NCBI GenBank assembly: GCA_964016885.1
Contig: OZ024758.1
Span: forward strand, 9,858,001 to 9,922,000
Source: Eledone cirrhosa
Taxonomy: Eukaryota
Direction: 5' to 3'
Length of the DNA stretch: 64,000 nucleotides
The notes beneath the pieces are model-generated. The model did not search any database. It saw nothing but the letters and a program-made list of their open reading frames with translations, and was not told the origin of the DNA. Shown in pieces: positions 24,807 to 37,857 of the stretch. A program made the position numbers and the translations under genes. The number at the start of each line of letters is the position of its first letter. The first letter of the stretch is position 1.

Positions 24807-27306
24807 TTCTGTCAAATATTGTTACACTCAATGAATCAAACATAAAAAAAGAATCTTTAAACTCTTAATCCCTTTTTTCTTTCACATTGCTGATATGATC
24901 TGAACTTATGCAAACTCATCAAAATGTTGTTTTTGTCTCTTCACTAAGAGAAATTTTTCATGAAGCATTAAAATAACATTAAATGTCTTTTTATTTTATT
25001 TTAGTTGAAATAGTTAAAGTACTTGAAATGAATTGGCTCATACTATGTACAATCATAGCTACTGCTTTTCAACATTCTTTACAATACTTCAAATTGACAT
25101 CTTTCATTTGGAGGGAATACGTAATAGGCAGTTGTAAGTAATTTGCTATTTCTTACTAAATTTTTCTAGAAGTATTAAGACAGATTTCTCATCTTTCAGT
25201 GTTTGTTAAAATTTAGCTTTTACTGCTTTGTCATATTTCTTTTTTTCTCTTCATCACCATAAGCTCAGGCATGGCATTGTGAGAATTCACTTCACAACAA
25301 TGTGGCCCAGTTTGACCAATACCATGAGTGAAATTTGGGGGATAGAAATTTCAGAAGTCTGTCATATATATATATATAGAGAGAGAGAGAATTTGAAGTT
25401 TGAAAGCCACGACAATGTGAGATGGACAAATAAAGACTGAAACAAGATGTTATGTGTTTTACCTTTATTTATATGTCCTGATATTTTGAGATTAAAATCT
25501 CTTCTTCCAAGGAAAATAAAAGGGACTAATCCAGTGTAAACATTTATTAAACTTACAGTCGCCATTGTTATCACCATTGTCGCCATCACTGTTATTTACT
25601 CTCTAAGGAAGGCCAGTCCCCAAAAGAACATAATTTAATATGTGATCAATAATAGAAATCAATAAAATGAGTATCAGACTTAGTAAAGAGTTTGATACAT
25701 TTGACTAAAATTCAAATGGTGTCCCAGTATGGCTGCACTCAAATGACGGAAATTAGTGAAAAAATAAACATCTACTTATAATTACATATTAATTCAGAAA
25801 GATTGCATTTAATGAGGTGTGGTGGAAGTAGTGAGTATTATGTGTAGTGAACATGAAATGTAGTCTTTATTTTTTGTAATGTAACCCCATCCTAGTCAGT
25901 GCTGATGAAGCAAAGTTATCAAATGACCATTGTAAGTATTGTGTACGATTGTGATGTTGTAATGGTGTAATGGTTATTAGGTGGGGTGCGGATGGCAATA
26001 GTGTATGGTGAGAACAAGTAATTGTAGACTTAAAGTTGTTATTTAGCACTAGGCCAACCCAGGTTCTGTAAACCAACGGTCAAAGGTATTTTAGGGATAA
26101 CTATCCTATTTCTTTAGAGTAAGTGCTTCTTAAAAATATTTCAAATAGTTATAACATTTTTCAAAAATTGCAGAATCCGTACCTATATTTTATAGACAAT
26201 CCCCACCACTCTAAGAAAACATTAGAAGGAAAATATAATTTTTATACATTAGCTGTTCACTAGAAGATAAAATGAAAGATGGCAGAAGAAAACATATAAT
26301 GTTGAGTGATTAAATGAGAGGAAATGGAAGGAAAAGGCTTGGATTGTCTACATTGCAAATGAGCTCTGCACAGCATGAGATGGGGGTATTGAGTTCGCCG
26401 AGGTGATCTGCGAATGTGTGACAAGGCACACCATGCCACATGAACAAGAATTTAAGAAGGGCAAAGCAGTTTCTCAGGAGGAAGGGTGTCAGGTACACGT
26501 TAATGAGGCGCAACCCCTCTGACACCCTCGACATTAAATGAAACAGAAATTGTTCTAGAGAGAATTTATTATAGTGACATACAAATTAAATCTTACTTAA
26601 AATCACCTTCTCTCTTTCACTCTACATCTGCTGCTTCATATATTCAGTTTTTTTCTCAACTTATCCATACCTGAGAACATCTCACATCCATAGAAGCATG
26701 CTTATTTCTCTCCTGCCTTTGTATATCCTGGCCTTTCATTTGTAGAGAGAAAAATTTCATTGTCAACGGAAGTAGTAACTCCTAGAACTGTTTCCATCCT
26801 GTGCTTATTCTATCTGCTATGCTTTCAAAATAACCCCCTTCTGGTACTTCTCTGTTATTATCCTAGGATTGGAAGAAGTTTATTTCACTTGGAACACTTA
26901 CTACCGACTCTTTCTCATGGATCTACAGCATACAAATTCTATCTTTTCTGTTAATCTATGTATTATCCTGCCCTATGCCTTCTGTGTTATCAGTTTGGTA
27001 CTAGAAATAAGGAAGGATCCTGGAATTCTGTGATGCTAATAATCTAACTATCTCTAACATGAACTTAAAAAAAACGAGACAATCATTTGATCACTTATAG
27101 ATCAGGGGAGCACACCAGCCTGATAGATTTTATCCTTAATAGAAGATGAGACAGAGTGTCTGTTGTAAACACTAAGTCCCTCCCTCGTGAAGAATGCACC
27201 TCCCAACATAGCCTAATAGTTAGTGACCTCAAAGTTAGGACTAGATGCACTCAATGACAGAGGACTACCTTGAGGAGAAGAATATGGAAGCTGAAGGACC
27301 CCACAG

Positions 27307-28425
27307 CCTTTCTTGAACATCATAACTTGATCCACCAGTTTTATCTCTGTGTAGTTACTCTTTTCTTCAACATCATAACTTGATCCACTCCTTTCTTGAG
27401 CATCATAACTTGATCCACTTCCTTTCTTGAGCATTATAACTTGATCTACTTCCTTTCTTGAACATCATAACTTGATCCACTCCTTTCTTGAGCATTATAA
27501 CTTGATCTACTTCCTTTCTTGAACATCATAACTTGATCCACTCCTTTCTTGAGCATTATAACTTGATCTACTTCCTTTCTTGAACATCATAACTTGATCC
27601 ACTCTTTTCTTGAGCATTATAACTTGATCTACTTCCTTTCTTGAGCATCATAACTTGATCCACTCCTTTCTTGAGCATTATAACTTGATCTACTTCCTTT
27701 CTTGAACATCATAACTTGATCCACTCCTTTCTTGAGCATTATAACTTGATCTACTTCCTTTCTTGAACATCATAACTTGATCCACTCTTTTCTTGAGCAT
27801 TATAACTTGATCTACTTCCTTTCTTGAGCATCATAACTTGATCCACTCCTTTCTTGAGCATTATAACTTGATCTACTTCCTTTCTTGAGCATCATAACTT
27901 GATCCACTCCTTTCTTGAGCATTATAACTTGATCTACTTCCTTTCTTGAACATCATAACTTGATCCACTCCTTTCTTGAGCATTATAACTTGATCTACTT
28001 CCTTTCTTGAACATCATAACTTGATCCACTCTTTTCTTGAGCATTATAACTTGATCTACTTCCTTTCTTGAGCATCATAACTTGATCCACTCCTTTCTTG
28101 AGCATTATAACTTGATCCACTTCCTTTCTTGAGCATCATAACTTGATCCACTCCTTTCTTGAGCATTATAACTTGATCTACTTCCTTTCTTGAACATCAT
28201 AACTTGATCCACTCTTTTCTTGAGCATTATAACTTGATCTACTTCCTTTCTTGAGCATCATAACTTGATCCACTCTTTTCTTGAGCATTATAACTTGATC
28301 TACTTCCTTTCTTGAGCATCATAACTTGATCCACTCCTTTCTTGAGCATTATAACTTGATCCACTTCCTTTCTTGAGCATCATAACTTGATCCACTCCTT
28401 TCTTGAGCATTATAACTTGATCCAC
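27307..28425. repeat. Alternating 30/31-bp (61-bp dimer) minisatellite derived from RTE RT coding sequence
   Basis: Unit ctcctttcttgagcat(c/t)ataacttgatc(c/t)ac(t); parent segment retained at both ends. Confidence 0.9.
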
Positions 28426-28760
28426 CAGTTTTATCTCTCTATAGTTGCTCCTTTCTTGAGCATCACATTTTCCCTTGTAACAACTAACGAATATACTGCT
28501 ATGCTAGTCATTGGATATGACACCATCTTGTGTTACCTGATTGATTATGTGGGTGATTAGCTGAAAACTTATTTCCCCTGATACTTTCAGGATCTCAGCA
28601 ACTATTTCTGACTGTCCAACTACTTTTCCATTTTTCATCTCACTAATTGCTTCTTTGATCCCGTAACTGTCAACCTCAAAAGCTGGTTTTTCTGTTGAAT
28701 CTATTGGGAGATATCTCTTCTTCCTTCTATTCATTCTTCCCATTCATCAACTTCTTATAA
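28422..28760 (-). mobile_element. RTE LINE RT N-terminal fragment
   Basis: EAISEMKNGKVVGQSEIVAEILK...CYKGKCDAQERSNYREIKLVDQV. Confidence 0.85.
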
Positions 28761-28879
28761 TATTTCCAAACTTTGTACCATAAAAACTAGGGACAGTTTC
28801 AGGAAGTTCAGTATCGAAATATGATAGTTCAGTATGGAGTCTAATAGGTGTGGTGGCTGTTATAGCAACCATGGTTATT

Positions 28880-29095
28880 GTTCTTTAACTCCAGGTCAGT
28901 TCTGATCAAAAGGCATTCCAGATATGACCATCCTATCTTTTTTGTTTTTGTTTCTGAAATACAGAATATTTAGGACATCATTATAAAAAAGCATCTTTTC
29001 CTTTATTTTTCCTTCTCTTTTTGATGATGGTAAGAGTGAGATTTAATTGCTATTTCTAACAGATCTAGTGATCACGTAGAGGCCTCCTCATTGGT
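28880..29095. repeat. Old interspersed repeat family C of about 200 bp; also near 8533, 9000, 18780, 29630 and 41120
   Basis: Shared ggtcag..ctgatc..atgatcaaaggcattccag ... gagatttggctgctatttctagcag...gtagaggc motifs. Confidence 0.6.
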
Positions 29096-29168
29096 GTTCA
29101 GAAGCTATCAAGACTAATGGTCATTGTGTGTGGTGGAAACAAGACTGTTAAGAAGTGAAACAAGATAC

Positions 29169-29196
29169 TGTTGTTGTTGTTGTTGTTGTTATCGCT

Positions 29197-29236
<40 letters not shown>

Positions 29237-29296
29237 AAGTAGTAGTGGTGGTGGTGGTGGTGGTCGTCGTCGTCGTCGTGGCGGTAGTAGTAGTTA

Positions 29297-29330
<34 letters not shown>

Positions 29331-29379
29331 GGTGGTGGTGGTGGTCGTCGTCGTCGTCGTCGTCCTCGTCGTCGTGGCG

Positions 29380-29450
<71 letters not shown>

Positions 29451-29506
29451 CGTCGTCGTCGTCGTCGTGGTAGTAGTAGTAGTTATAGTAGTAGTAGTAG
29501 TAGTTA

Positions 29507-29567
<61 letters not shown>

Positions 29568-29630
29568 CGTCGTCGTCGTCGTCGTGGTAGTAGTAGTAGT
29601 TATAGTAGTAGTAGTAGTAGTAGTAGTAGT
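29169..29630. repeat. Compound (TAG)n/(GGT)n/(CGT)n microsatellite with block duplications
   Basis: Read directly from the sequence. Confidence 0.95.
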
Positions 29631-30267
29631 TTAACCACAGATCAGACAGGCCTGATCAAGGTGACCTATGATCAAAAGCATTCCAGACTTCCAGTATTTA
29701 GTAATAGCTTATCCATTGAATCTTTATTATCTTTCTTTCTGTTAAGCCTGTAAGATATGATTTGATAAATATCTGACTGTTATTTGTAAGCAATTACGTA
29801 GAAGCTTCTCTGTTTACAAAATAAAAAGAAATTGGGAGGTGTGGTAGCTACATAGCTGTTCTACTATTGGCACAAGGCCAGCAATCACCCCCAGTTCATC
29901 ACTGGTACTTTATTTTATCAACCCCGTAATTCTTACGGATGAGCAACTAAGTAGTTAGCAACATATATAGTATCTTCTACTGAAACCTCAAATTCTGAGT
30001 GGAATTTAGAAGACGGAAACAGCGCAGAAGTCCTTATATAATCTACAACTTTTCGTCCTAGTTATCCAGTTTTCAATTTACTTGCGATTTTTTACAAAGT
30101 GGTGTTAAGAATGGTTTATTCATAAATATAAAGTGAAAATTATATTGTGTGTTTCTAATGGCAACATAACCATCCCCAAATATAACAGTATCGGTTTCAA
30201 CGCAGGATAAATATATATCAAATATATAAGAACCGTAGAGCAAATATTTATTAAAATAACAGATTAA

Positions 30268-30318
30268 AGTTTAAGCAAAGAATCGCTGCTTTCACCCTTA
30301 ACGGGATCTTCTGAAACT
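30268..30318 (-). ncRNA. Hammerhead-like fold with variant core CAGAAGA, inside inverted repeat 30247-30364
   Basis: Stem I agttt/aaact; stem II t-ccc gttaa ggg-t; GAAA; stem III gca/tgc; CUU triplet. Confidence 0.6.
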
Positions 30319-30385
30319 AACAAAGCGATTTTTTGCTTAAACTTTAATCTGTTATTTTAATAAACATATATATATATATATATAT

Positions 30386-30881
30386 ACTAGGTGAGGTACC
30401 CGGTAATACCCGGGAGAGGGGTATACCCAGTGCCTCTCAGGCCAAAAATGAAATCAAAATATAGGATAGATAATGACAAGCGAAGACAAATTCATTTACA
30501 AAACAATAATACAAACAAATATTGTTGATTGCATTGGTCAGGCGAAAAAATGTTTGTCAGAGAAGTTGAGTGTTGGGTATAAGGAATAAAAATAGAACCC
30601 CCATTAGGGGGTTTCATTGCTGAAATTTTGTGAATAGGCATCATATTTTGTCATTTACCTATGGTTTAAATTTCATATAAATCGAAGGGAAAAAATTAAG
30701 CGGGGGTTCTGAACGGGGTTTTGAACCTCCGGGGAACCTTTTGATTAAAATGAAATATACGTAAGAAATCAAATGGGCATGAGTCCCACGCACGTGTCAA
30801 GTTTCATCAAGATCGGTTTGGTAGTTTTTGAGTTTTAGGTTCACAAACAAAAACAGAAATTGCCATTTATGTATATATAAG
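30386..30881 (+). mobile_element. Helentron/HINE-like non-autonomous rolling-circle element
   Basis: Starts actag..tacccgg..cccggg hairpin; internal aagtttcatcaagatcgg; ends acaaac...tttatgtatatataag. Confidence 0.55.
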
Positions 30882-31395
30882 TCAGACCTCAACCAATCGC
30901 CAGAAGAGAGTTCAAGTCCTCCGGGCTCACCTTTTTTCTTTGGTTTATTACACGGTCTTTAATAGGATGCCCACTCACAAGCACCTTGGGATGGTTGACA
31001 TAAAATTTCAACTTTTTAAATCTATATTTATGAAAAAATATATCTAAATTATTCTCTCTATTTTACTCTGAAAAAAAAAATGCATTCCAGTTAGTGTTTG
31101 TTTGTGTGTTTTTGTTTCTCCAGGGAAATTTCAACTAAACCTATCCTTTATTTCGGGTACCCAATATTTGTTTCCAATGGCTGATTTTCAGAGAAGAGAC
31201 ATATCTGTGCTTTTCAATCTAAAAATAACCCCCTCGCTTATAGTCTGATTCACTTGGCTTTCAGTTAGGTTTTATTTATTTATTTCCATATCCATGTTAA
31301 CCCAGTTGGTCGCGCCAACAACAAACCTATCCTATCTCCACCTAAAAATATATTTCTTTCTTTCATCACTCCCTACTTTGGAAAGAAAAGACGAA

Positions 31396-31510
31396 ATACA
31401 TACATACATACATACATACATACATACATACATACATACATACATACATACATACATACATACATACATACATACATACATACATACATACATACATACA
31501 TACATACATA
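31396..31510. repeat. (TACA)n microsatellite
   Basis: Read directly from the sequence. Confidence 0.97.
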
Positions 31511-32516
31511 AAATAACAACACAAAGGAACAAAGAAAGACCAGTAATCACATTGTGATGTGACGCAGCTGTGTAGTACAAGCAATATTACTCACAACACA
31601 TCAGCTTTGTTTCGTTTGTTCATAAGACTAATCTATCATTACGTAAATTAATTAGCAGATTAAACTTTCACACTGTGGCTGAAATCAAATCAAATTAAGT
31701 AAGGAAGGAATATCAAATTACAACAGAATATCTATGAAAATATTGCAGCTTTTAAGAGAGTTTATTTATGTTAATAACGTGTTTCTTTATAACTACTTAA
31801 AAGGTCAAATCTTTCCCATAGACTTTTTCAATGGTCAGCCGTTGATTACATAGAAAGGTTGAACAAATATTGTTTATTATTATCATCATCGTTATTTACT
31901 TTAAGCAATCAGAATTTTTCTTTTTAATACATTTATATTATAGTACACACACACACACACACATATATATATTTATATATATATGTATGTACATATGTGA
32001 TGCGTGTGAGGTATAATTATATATAAAATGTACCCAATGGCGGTGCCTAGCATGGCCTTAGCCATTTTCACGAGAAAAAAAAACAACAAAAAAAATAGCC
32101 AGTCCACCCTCTAATGTGATAGTCCTGGTGCCTTGATAAAATGACCTTAGTACAAGCTGTAAAGGTGGCCATATTTATGGTTTGGTTTTCTACGATCGGA
32201 TGCCCCCCCCCCTAACCCCAACCACTTTATACAGTGAGCTGTAGCACTATCACATTACTGAGTGGACTGAGTGCTTGTTTCGTGGCATCAGTACAGGAAG
32301 GAGTCGGTAGTTTTTATTGTGAGGATAGATTTTAAGGAAATATTTAACTTTTTCTGGCTTACAATTGAGTAGTGAATGGCTAGAGGTTGGAGACGGTGGA
32401 ATGGAGCATGGAAACAACAGAGGGTGAGTGTTAAATAGTATTAAAGTTTGAGATATTTAAGAAGTTAATATCATTAATTTGGTTGCTATCTCAAGCCTTC
32501 CGACCCTAAAGGGCTT

Positions 32517-32716
32517 TTGGGGCTTAAGCAGACCTACCAACCTCTAAAAACCCAAACAGGGAGTACTGTAAAAAAAAATTGCCCCAAAACTGGGAGAAAT
32601 GAGGCAAAATGGTGAGATTTCACAAAATGAAAGCTATACCTATTTTGTACCCCAAAGTGGATGGGAGATCTCCCCGCCAGATGGGGAGAGTTGACAGGTC
32701 TGCTTAAGCCCTCCAA
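32517..32716. mobile_element. MITE-like element with inverted termini
   Basis: ggggcttaagcagacctaccaac ... gttgacaggtctgcttaagccct. Confidence 0.6.
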
Positions 32717-32891
32717 TAATGTGGAAACTTGTTAAATGATCTTAAAGTGATGTTTTAAAATAATTTGGTTTTTACTACACTGATTTTCTTTTGATTGTAT
32801 GTATGTTAGTATGATCATATATTTGATTTCTCTCTTAGTCTTGTATTGGTGATAAAAAAACGTGAGCTAACAATAATAATAAACATGTACA

Positions 32892-32951
<60 letters not shown>

Positions 32952-32956
<5 letters not shown>

Positions 32957-33277
32957 ATCAAAAGATGGTTAAAGGAGTTCCATGTATTTTATTATGCGCA
33001 TTTCAAAAACAAACATCATCATGCAATAATATTTGTGTTTTCATCAGATAAAACAGGAGAACATGATATGAAGGCAAAAAAACACTTGTTGATAGTGCAG
33101 TTTTAAATCAACATATGTTGATTTAAAACTGCACTATCCACAAGTGTTTTTTAACCTTCATATCATGTCCTCCTGTTTTATCTGATGAAAACACAAATAT
33201 TATTGCATGATGATGTTTGTTTTTGAAATGCGCATAATAAAATACATGGAACTCCTTTAACCATCTTTTGATCTTAT
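32952..33277. mobile_element. Spacerless palindrome of about 326 bp with a hammerhead in each arm
   Basis: Centre caacat|atgttg at 33114/33115; arms nearly perfectly complementary; between (TA)n tracts. Confidence 0.85.
33175..33243 (+). ncRNA. Type I hammerhead ribozyme fold (mirror copy at about 32986-33054, minus strand)
   Basis: Stem I gttttat/ataaaat; CTGATGA 33182-33188; stem II aaa-c-acaaata/tgtttgt-t-ttt; GAAA 33225-33228; palindromic tgcgca; AUA. Confidence 0.78.
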
Positions 33278-33365
33278 ATTATGCATACTCCAGTCCCACA
33301 AACTGTAGAGTGCTTCTTATCCGATATCTGCATTGCTTTATTGTACTACAATAAAACTCACCTCC

Positions 33366-33433
<68 letters not shown>

Positions 33434-33514
33434 TTATTCCGGGTTGAATCAGGGGTAACCACAGTAAGTAAGGTACTCAATACATAGCAGAGTATAACAG
33501 TTTTAATATAGAAG

Positions 33515-33565
33515 AGCTTCTACAGGACTAAAACTGTTTCATTCGTGAGAAATCACCAGGAAGCT
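33515..33565 (-). ncRNA. Hammerhead fold with CTGGTGA core in a (TA)n-adjacent element (about 33430-33950)
   Basis: Stem I agcttc/gaagct; stem II t-ttc tcac gaa-t; GAAA; stem III cag/ctg; GUA; the homolog at 54636-54806 has canonical CTGATGA. Confidence 0.7.
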
Positions 33566-34086
33566 GGCTGTCCAAGTAATTGGTAGTATTTATGTCTTTC
33601 CTTATCTGGTGGTAGGTGTGGGTGGGGATTGGGATGGGTGTAGGTCATTGATTTAAAGAAAGGGGATTCATTAAAAGCTAATTCTTTAAAGCCCTAATAT
33701 TAACAAAGGTAGAAAGAATACTGTAAACAGGTTTAAAATTGGAAACCAATCCTTGTTTATCACTTAAAGTAACAATGGCTGTAAGACAGGTGTCTACAGG
33801 ATGGGTTGGGTTCAATGGTTTAAAGAAAAGGAAAATTCTTTAGAAGCTAATTCTTTAAGGCTAAAATGAAGGTGACAAAGGCAGAAAAGGTTCCATCAAC
33901 AGATTTAAGTGTTGGGGTGAACCTCTTATAGTGAAGTTTCTCTTAATATATATTCCAGGTATCGACAAACACATTCACACACACGCCCACTTACACATGT
34001 ACACACACTTGTTTTGTTATTTAGCCTGTAACCTCATTTCGCTCCATTTTTTTTTTCTCATTGTTAAGTTAATGTTTAATTTAAAG

Positions 34087-34255
34087 CAGGCCTGTCAAGC
34101 TGAGGGTTACCCGAGGGTCACACACAACAACTAATTGCGCACATTACAACACATTTTTTTATTTTATATTACGGAGATAAAACATGCTCGCGCTTTAAAA
34201 ACCTTTGTGCGGGCCGCAGGTGTGCTTGCAAAGGGCCGCATGTTTGACATGCCTG
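34087..34255. mobile_element. hAT-type MITE with 8-bp TSD
   Basis: TIR caggcctgtcaa/ttgacatgcctg; TSD atttaaag at 34079-34086 and 34256-34263. Confidence 0.85.
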
Positions 34256-35109
34256 ATTTAAAGAGTTGGTCGGGGATGTGATTTGATGCCAATTTATTTT
34301 GATCAAGCTTATCAATTCGTTAAGCGGATTGTTGGTTTCCAGAAGGATTTTGATTGCGTTAATCGATAACTGAAATATTTCGATTTAGTTGGTTCTGGTT
34401 TATATCATTACAGAATTTTACAACTAGTAATGTAGAATAAAATTAAAATAACCAGTGTAACTTGCACGACGTGCATACCTTTGGCAACATGATTAATTAA
34501 ATAGTAAATGTTTATACTAAAACACTGTTTATTAGAAGATTTAAGGCAAATTTAATATAGACATAACTAGAGCTTTTGAATTGGAAGACTTCACTGTGAA
34601 ATGAATGAAGACAGATTGTTTAACTTGGCGACTTGATTATTCAACAAATTGTTTCAAACAGCGACGAAGGGAATGAGATTTATATTAGAAAGTTCACACT
34701 GAATCATAGTTTAGAGCAAGGAAGTTATGTTTGGAGTAAACTACTCGCACTTCGACAGAAATGTAAGCCTGAATGGTATTGATATACTAGGTGTGGCAAA
34801 TCGTTAGGTTTTGTTCTTCAAAGAATATATTTTTTTTTTACTGCTGGAAAAAATTTATAATCATTTTTAAAAGATTGTCACTGTTGAACGAAATTTATTA
34901 TCATTTAAAAAAAATTGTCACTGTTGGACAAAATTTATCATTAGTAAAAAGAAAACAAATTGTCACTCAAGCTTTCTTGATTTCCCAAAACAGGTAAAAT
35001 CGGTTATGATATTTCTCTCATTAGTCTTGATGTTTCCGAATGATAAACACTAACTTCAGATTGAAAGATTCTGAAGTATTATTGCCAACTTTTGTAATAA
35101 AAAACAAAA

Positions 35110-35620
35110 CATTACCTCAGCGACTGTGTGTCTGTGAAACATATACATATACATATACACCAGGCCCTAACACAAAGGAGCCAAACTCCCACAGTCACTG
35201 CCTCCATCTTTCTTCCTGAGAGCAGTCAAACTAGATGAAAAGAAGAGGCTTTGTTTGGGCGTATGGCTCCAGGGTGCCGTGGATCAACCTGTTGATGAGT
35301 GCACTCAGAATGGGAGCGCCCGCCTCCTTCGGCTGATCGGGGTGTGGGGGGGGGGGGGAGATAAGAAAGGCGAAATAAAAAAAAGGGCGCTGCCAATCGC
35401 TGGTTCGATTAATGCAAACTGCTTATTGTCGCCTTCAAACAAAAAGAGTTTTCATTTCTTCACTGGAGCTGCATTCTTTAGCCAAAAGTTTCATCTATCT
35501 TGAGTACAAGCAGGAGGGAGGAGTTTCCACGTCTGTTGATAATCTTAAGAACCAGAGGAAAATATTTTGACTGACTAGACTGTGTGTCTGTACAGCTTCA
35601 ACAGACAATGTCGAGTGAGT
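35110..35620. promoter_or_regulatory. Repeat-poor, GC/CpG-enriched promoter-like island with candidate divergent first exons
   Basis: CCAAT at 35393; GC-rich boxes; plus strand acaATGTCGA|GTGAGT at 35608-35620; minus-strand donor gag|GTAATG at 35116/35115. Confidence 0.4.
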
Positions 35621-36055
35621 TATGCTATCATTTGAATCTTTGAAATCAACTTCTGCTTGATTTCTTTTATAAATACATAAAGATGCTCCATGGTTTTACA
35701 TTATAACCTGGCTTAGCCGCCTGTCACCATCTATAGGACATCTTAGCCGCCTGTCATCCATCTATAGGACAAGCTCAACCTCAATTTTGCTTCCTACACT
35801 CCCTTTGTACCTATATATATATATATATATATATATATTTAATTTATTAATTTATTGATAATTTATTTGAGTGACCCGAATCTTCCTGGTCGTTTATTTT
35901 CGGCTGCATGGGTGATTTTAGGCATGGCCTCTATGTGTTGGTATTTTAACGATAGTTATAGCTCTGATTTTTCCAAATTATTGAGCCCTCTGCCACATAT
36001 ATCGGATATTGTTTATCGTGATTTCGTGGGCTGATATTCCGATTCTCGATTATTC

Positions 36056-36134
<79 letters not shown>

Positions 36135-36176
36135 AAGTAAAAGCGAAGTAGTTTCAGATGTTCAAGTCCTTTAATA

Positions 36177-36361
36177 ATAATTGTTTCTACATTTGGCACA
36201 AGGCCAGCAATTAACCCAGTGCATTACTGGTACTTTATTTTATCGACCCCGTAAGGATGAAAGGCAAAGTCAACCTTGGCAGGATTTGAACTCAGATCGT
36301 AAAGGGACGTAACTATGCTGGAAAGCATGGCGTCCGACCCTCTACCGATACTGCCAATCCA
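36177..36361 (-). mobile_element. SINE A
   Basis: Near full-length match to the family consensus. Confidence 0.88.
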
Positions 36362-36710
36362 TAATGCTGTGATATATATTTCAATGACGACACTGGCCAC
36401 ACTGTTCTGTGTGCGAGTGTCGTGACATCATCAGACAGCTTGTTACATAATAAGGTTATGTTTCCGAGGCAAATATATATATATATTCAAAGTCGTTAGA
36501 CGTATCTGAGGAACTTGCGAATCCAGAGTCAGGTTCGATCCACAAATAGATCGCACCTCGAGCTGTTCGCCGGAGAAACACTTGTAATACGTTAATAAAT
36601 TGTGTTTCGATGCATCACTGATTCTTCGTTTTCCATATTATTATACTCTGCTCTGAAGAGGCATAGAGTGCTCAACCGGCATATCGCCCATGGACGCGTC
36701 CAAGCAACCT

Positions 36711-36764
<54 letters not shown>

Positions 36765-36804
36765 GATATTAACAAATAGAAACTATATTTATAAAACCAT
36801 ATTT

Positions 36805-36867
36805 ATTTTATTATACATATTTCAAGGACGCCACGTTAAATTATGGTGTGCTTTCATCAGACAAAAT
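36805..36867 (-). ncRNA. Type I hammerhead fold, homolog of 10071, in a partial fold-back cassette (36760-37095)
   Basis: Stem I attttgt/ataaaat; CTGATGA; stem II aag-c-acacca/tggcgt-c-ctt; GAAA tatgtATA. Confidence 0.78.
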
Positions 36868-37092
36868 ACAATATAGATCAGTTTTATAAATAAATATTGA
36901 CATACCCTTAAAAAATGCAACCATTACTGTTGGAAGCTCCCGGATAGTGGAGTTGTTTACTTATATTATTGGTTTTATAAATATAGTTTCCATTTGTTAA
37001 TATCGTATATCTATTCCAAATACTTGTCGAGTGCTTTATATCAGTTATAAAAATATTTGCTTGTTGTATCCCAACAATTTAAATAGAACTTT

Positions 37093-37140
<48 letters not shown>

Positions 37141-37279
37141 GTATATGTTGGTTGTATACCAACACCTCAGTATGCAGGCTGGAGCATTCGACGAAGTGCG
37201 CAGGTTGGTTTGGTTACTCCGGAGTAATGTAAAATAAAGTAAAATAAAGTCAAATGTTTAAAATTTAGCTTCGTTTATT

Positions 37280-37334
37280 ACTGCTATATATATTTCGGTG
37301 ACAGCCATCTTTGGCTGTGACCTCTTCAGGCAGT
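37280..37334 (-). ncRNA. Type I hammerhead ribozyme fold in a (TA)n-flanked cassette (about 37137-37448)
   Basis: Stem I actgc/gcagt; CTGAAGA; stem II ggt-c-acagcca aaga tggctgt-c-acc; GAAA tatatATA. Confidence 0.85.
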
Positions 37335-37444
37335 CCGAATTAGTGTGGTATAGACAAGTACATATGTTGTTGAGGTGTATAATTTTGTCAATTCACTGAT
37401 ATGCCCAGTTTCTGGTTGGGTTGTTATTTCACTGTGGAACTGGA

Positions 37445-37478
<34 letters not shown>

Positions 37479-37540
37479 TATTGAAGTTTCCGTTGAAAAT
37501 TGAAAAAGTCATAGGAGTGAAGAGTGCTCTATGTAAGCTA

Positions 37541-37590
<50 letters not shown>

Positions 37591-37598
<8 letters not shown>

Positions 37599-37745
37599 CG
37601 TAAAATAAGAAAATATTTAAAAAAAAATTTTTTTTTTAATTTTTTACTTACTTACTTAAATATTAGGAGTGAAAATTTAAGTAAGTAAGTAAAAAATTTT
37701 ATAAAAATTTTTTTTTTAATATTTTCTTATTTTACGTCTTTTATA
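37591..37745. repeat. Inverted repeat with arms of about 70 bp beside (TA)n
   Basis: ataaaagacgtaaaataag...acttacttacttaaat / atttaagtaagtaagt...cttattttacgtcttttat. Confidence 0.8.
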
Positions 37746-37857
37746 TTATTGTTCTGCATCCTCCTGCATTGAACCACCTAGGTACTATGACATAACCTGT
37801 GTATCTGCTGGCATGGACGTGCATCTGTGCGCTTATGTTAGTTGATATATTAAATTA

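Noticed and set aside
29124-29753. Ser/Gly/Arg-rich and poly-Val ORFs
   Set aside because: Trinucleotide microsatellite
36403-36650. Possible solo LTR
   Set aside because: AATAAA is present, but no clear TG...CA termini or TSD
36653-36680. CTGAAGA followed by hairpin ggcat/gtgct
   Set aside because: Followed by caacc, not GAAA; no stem III
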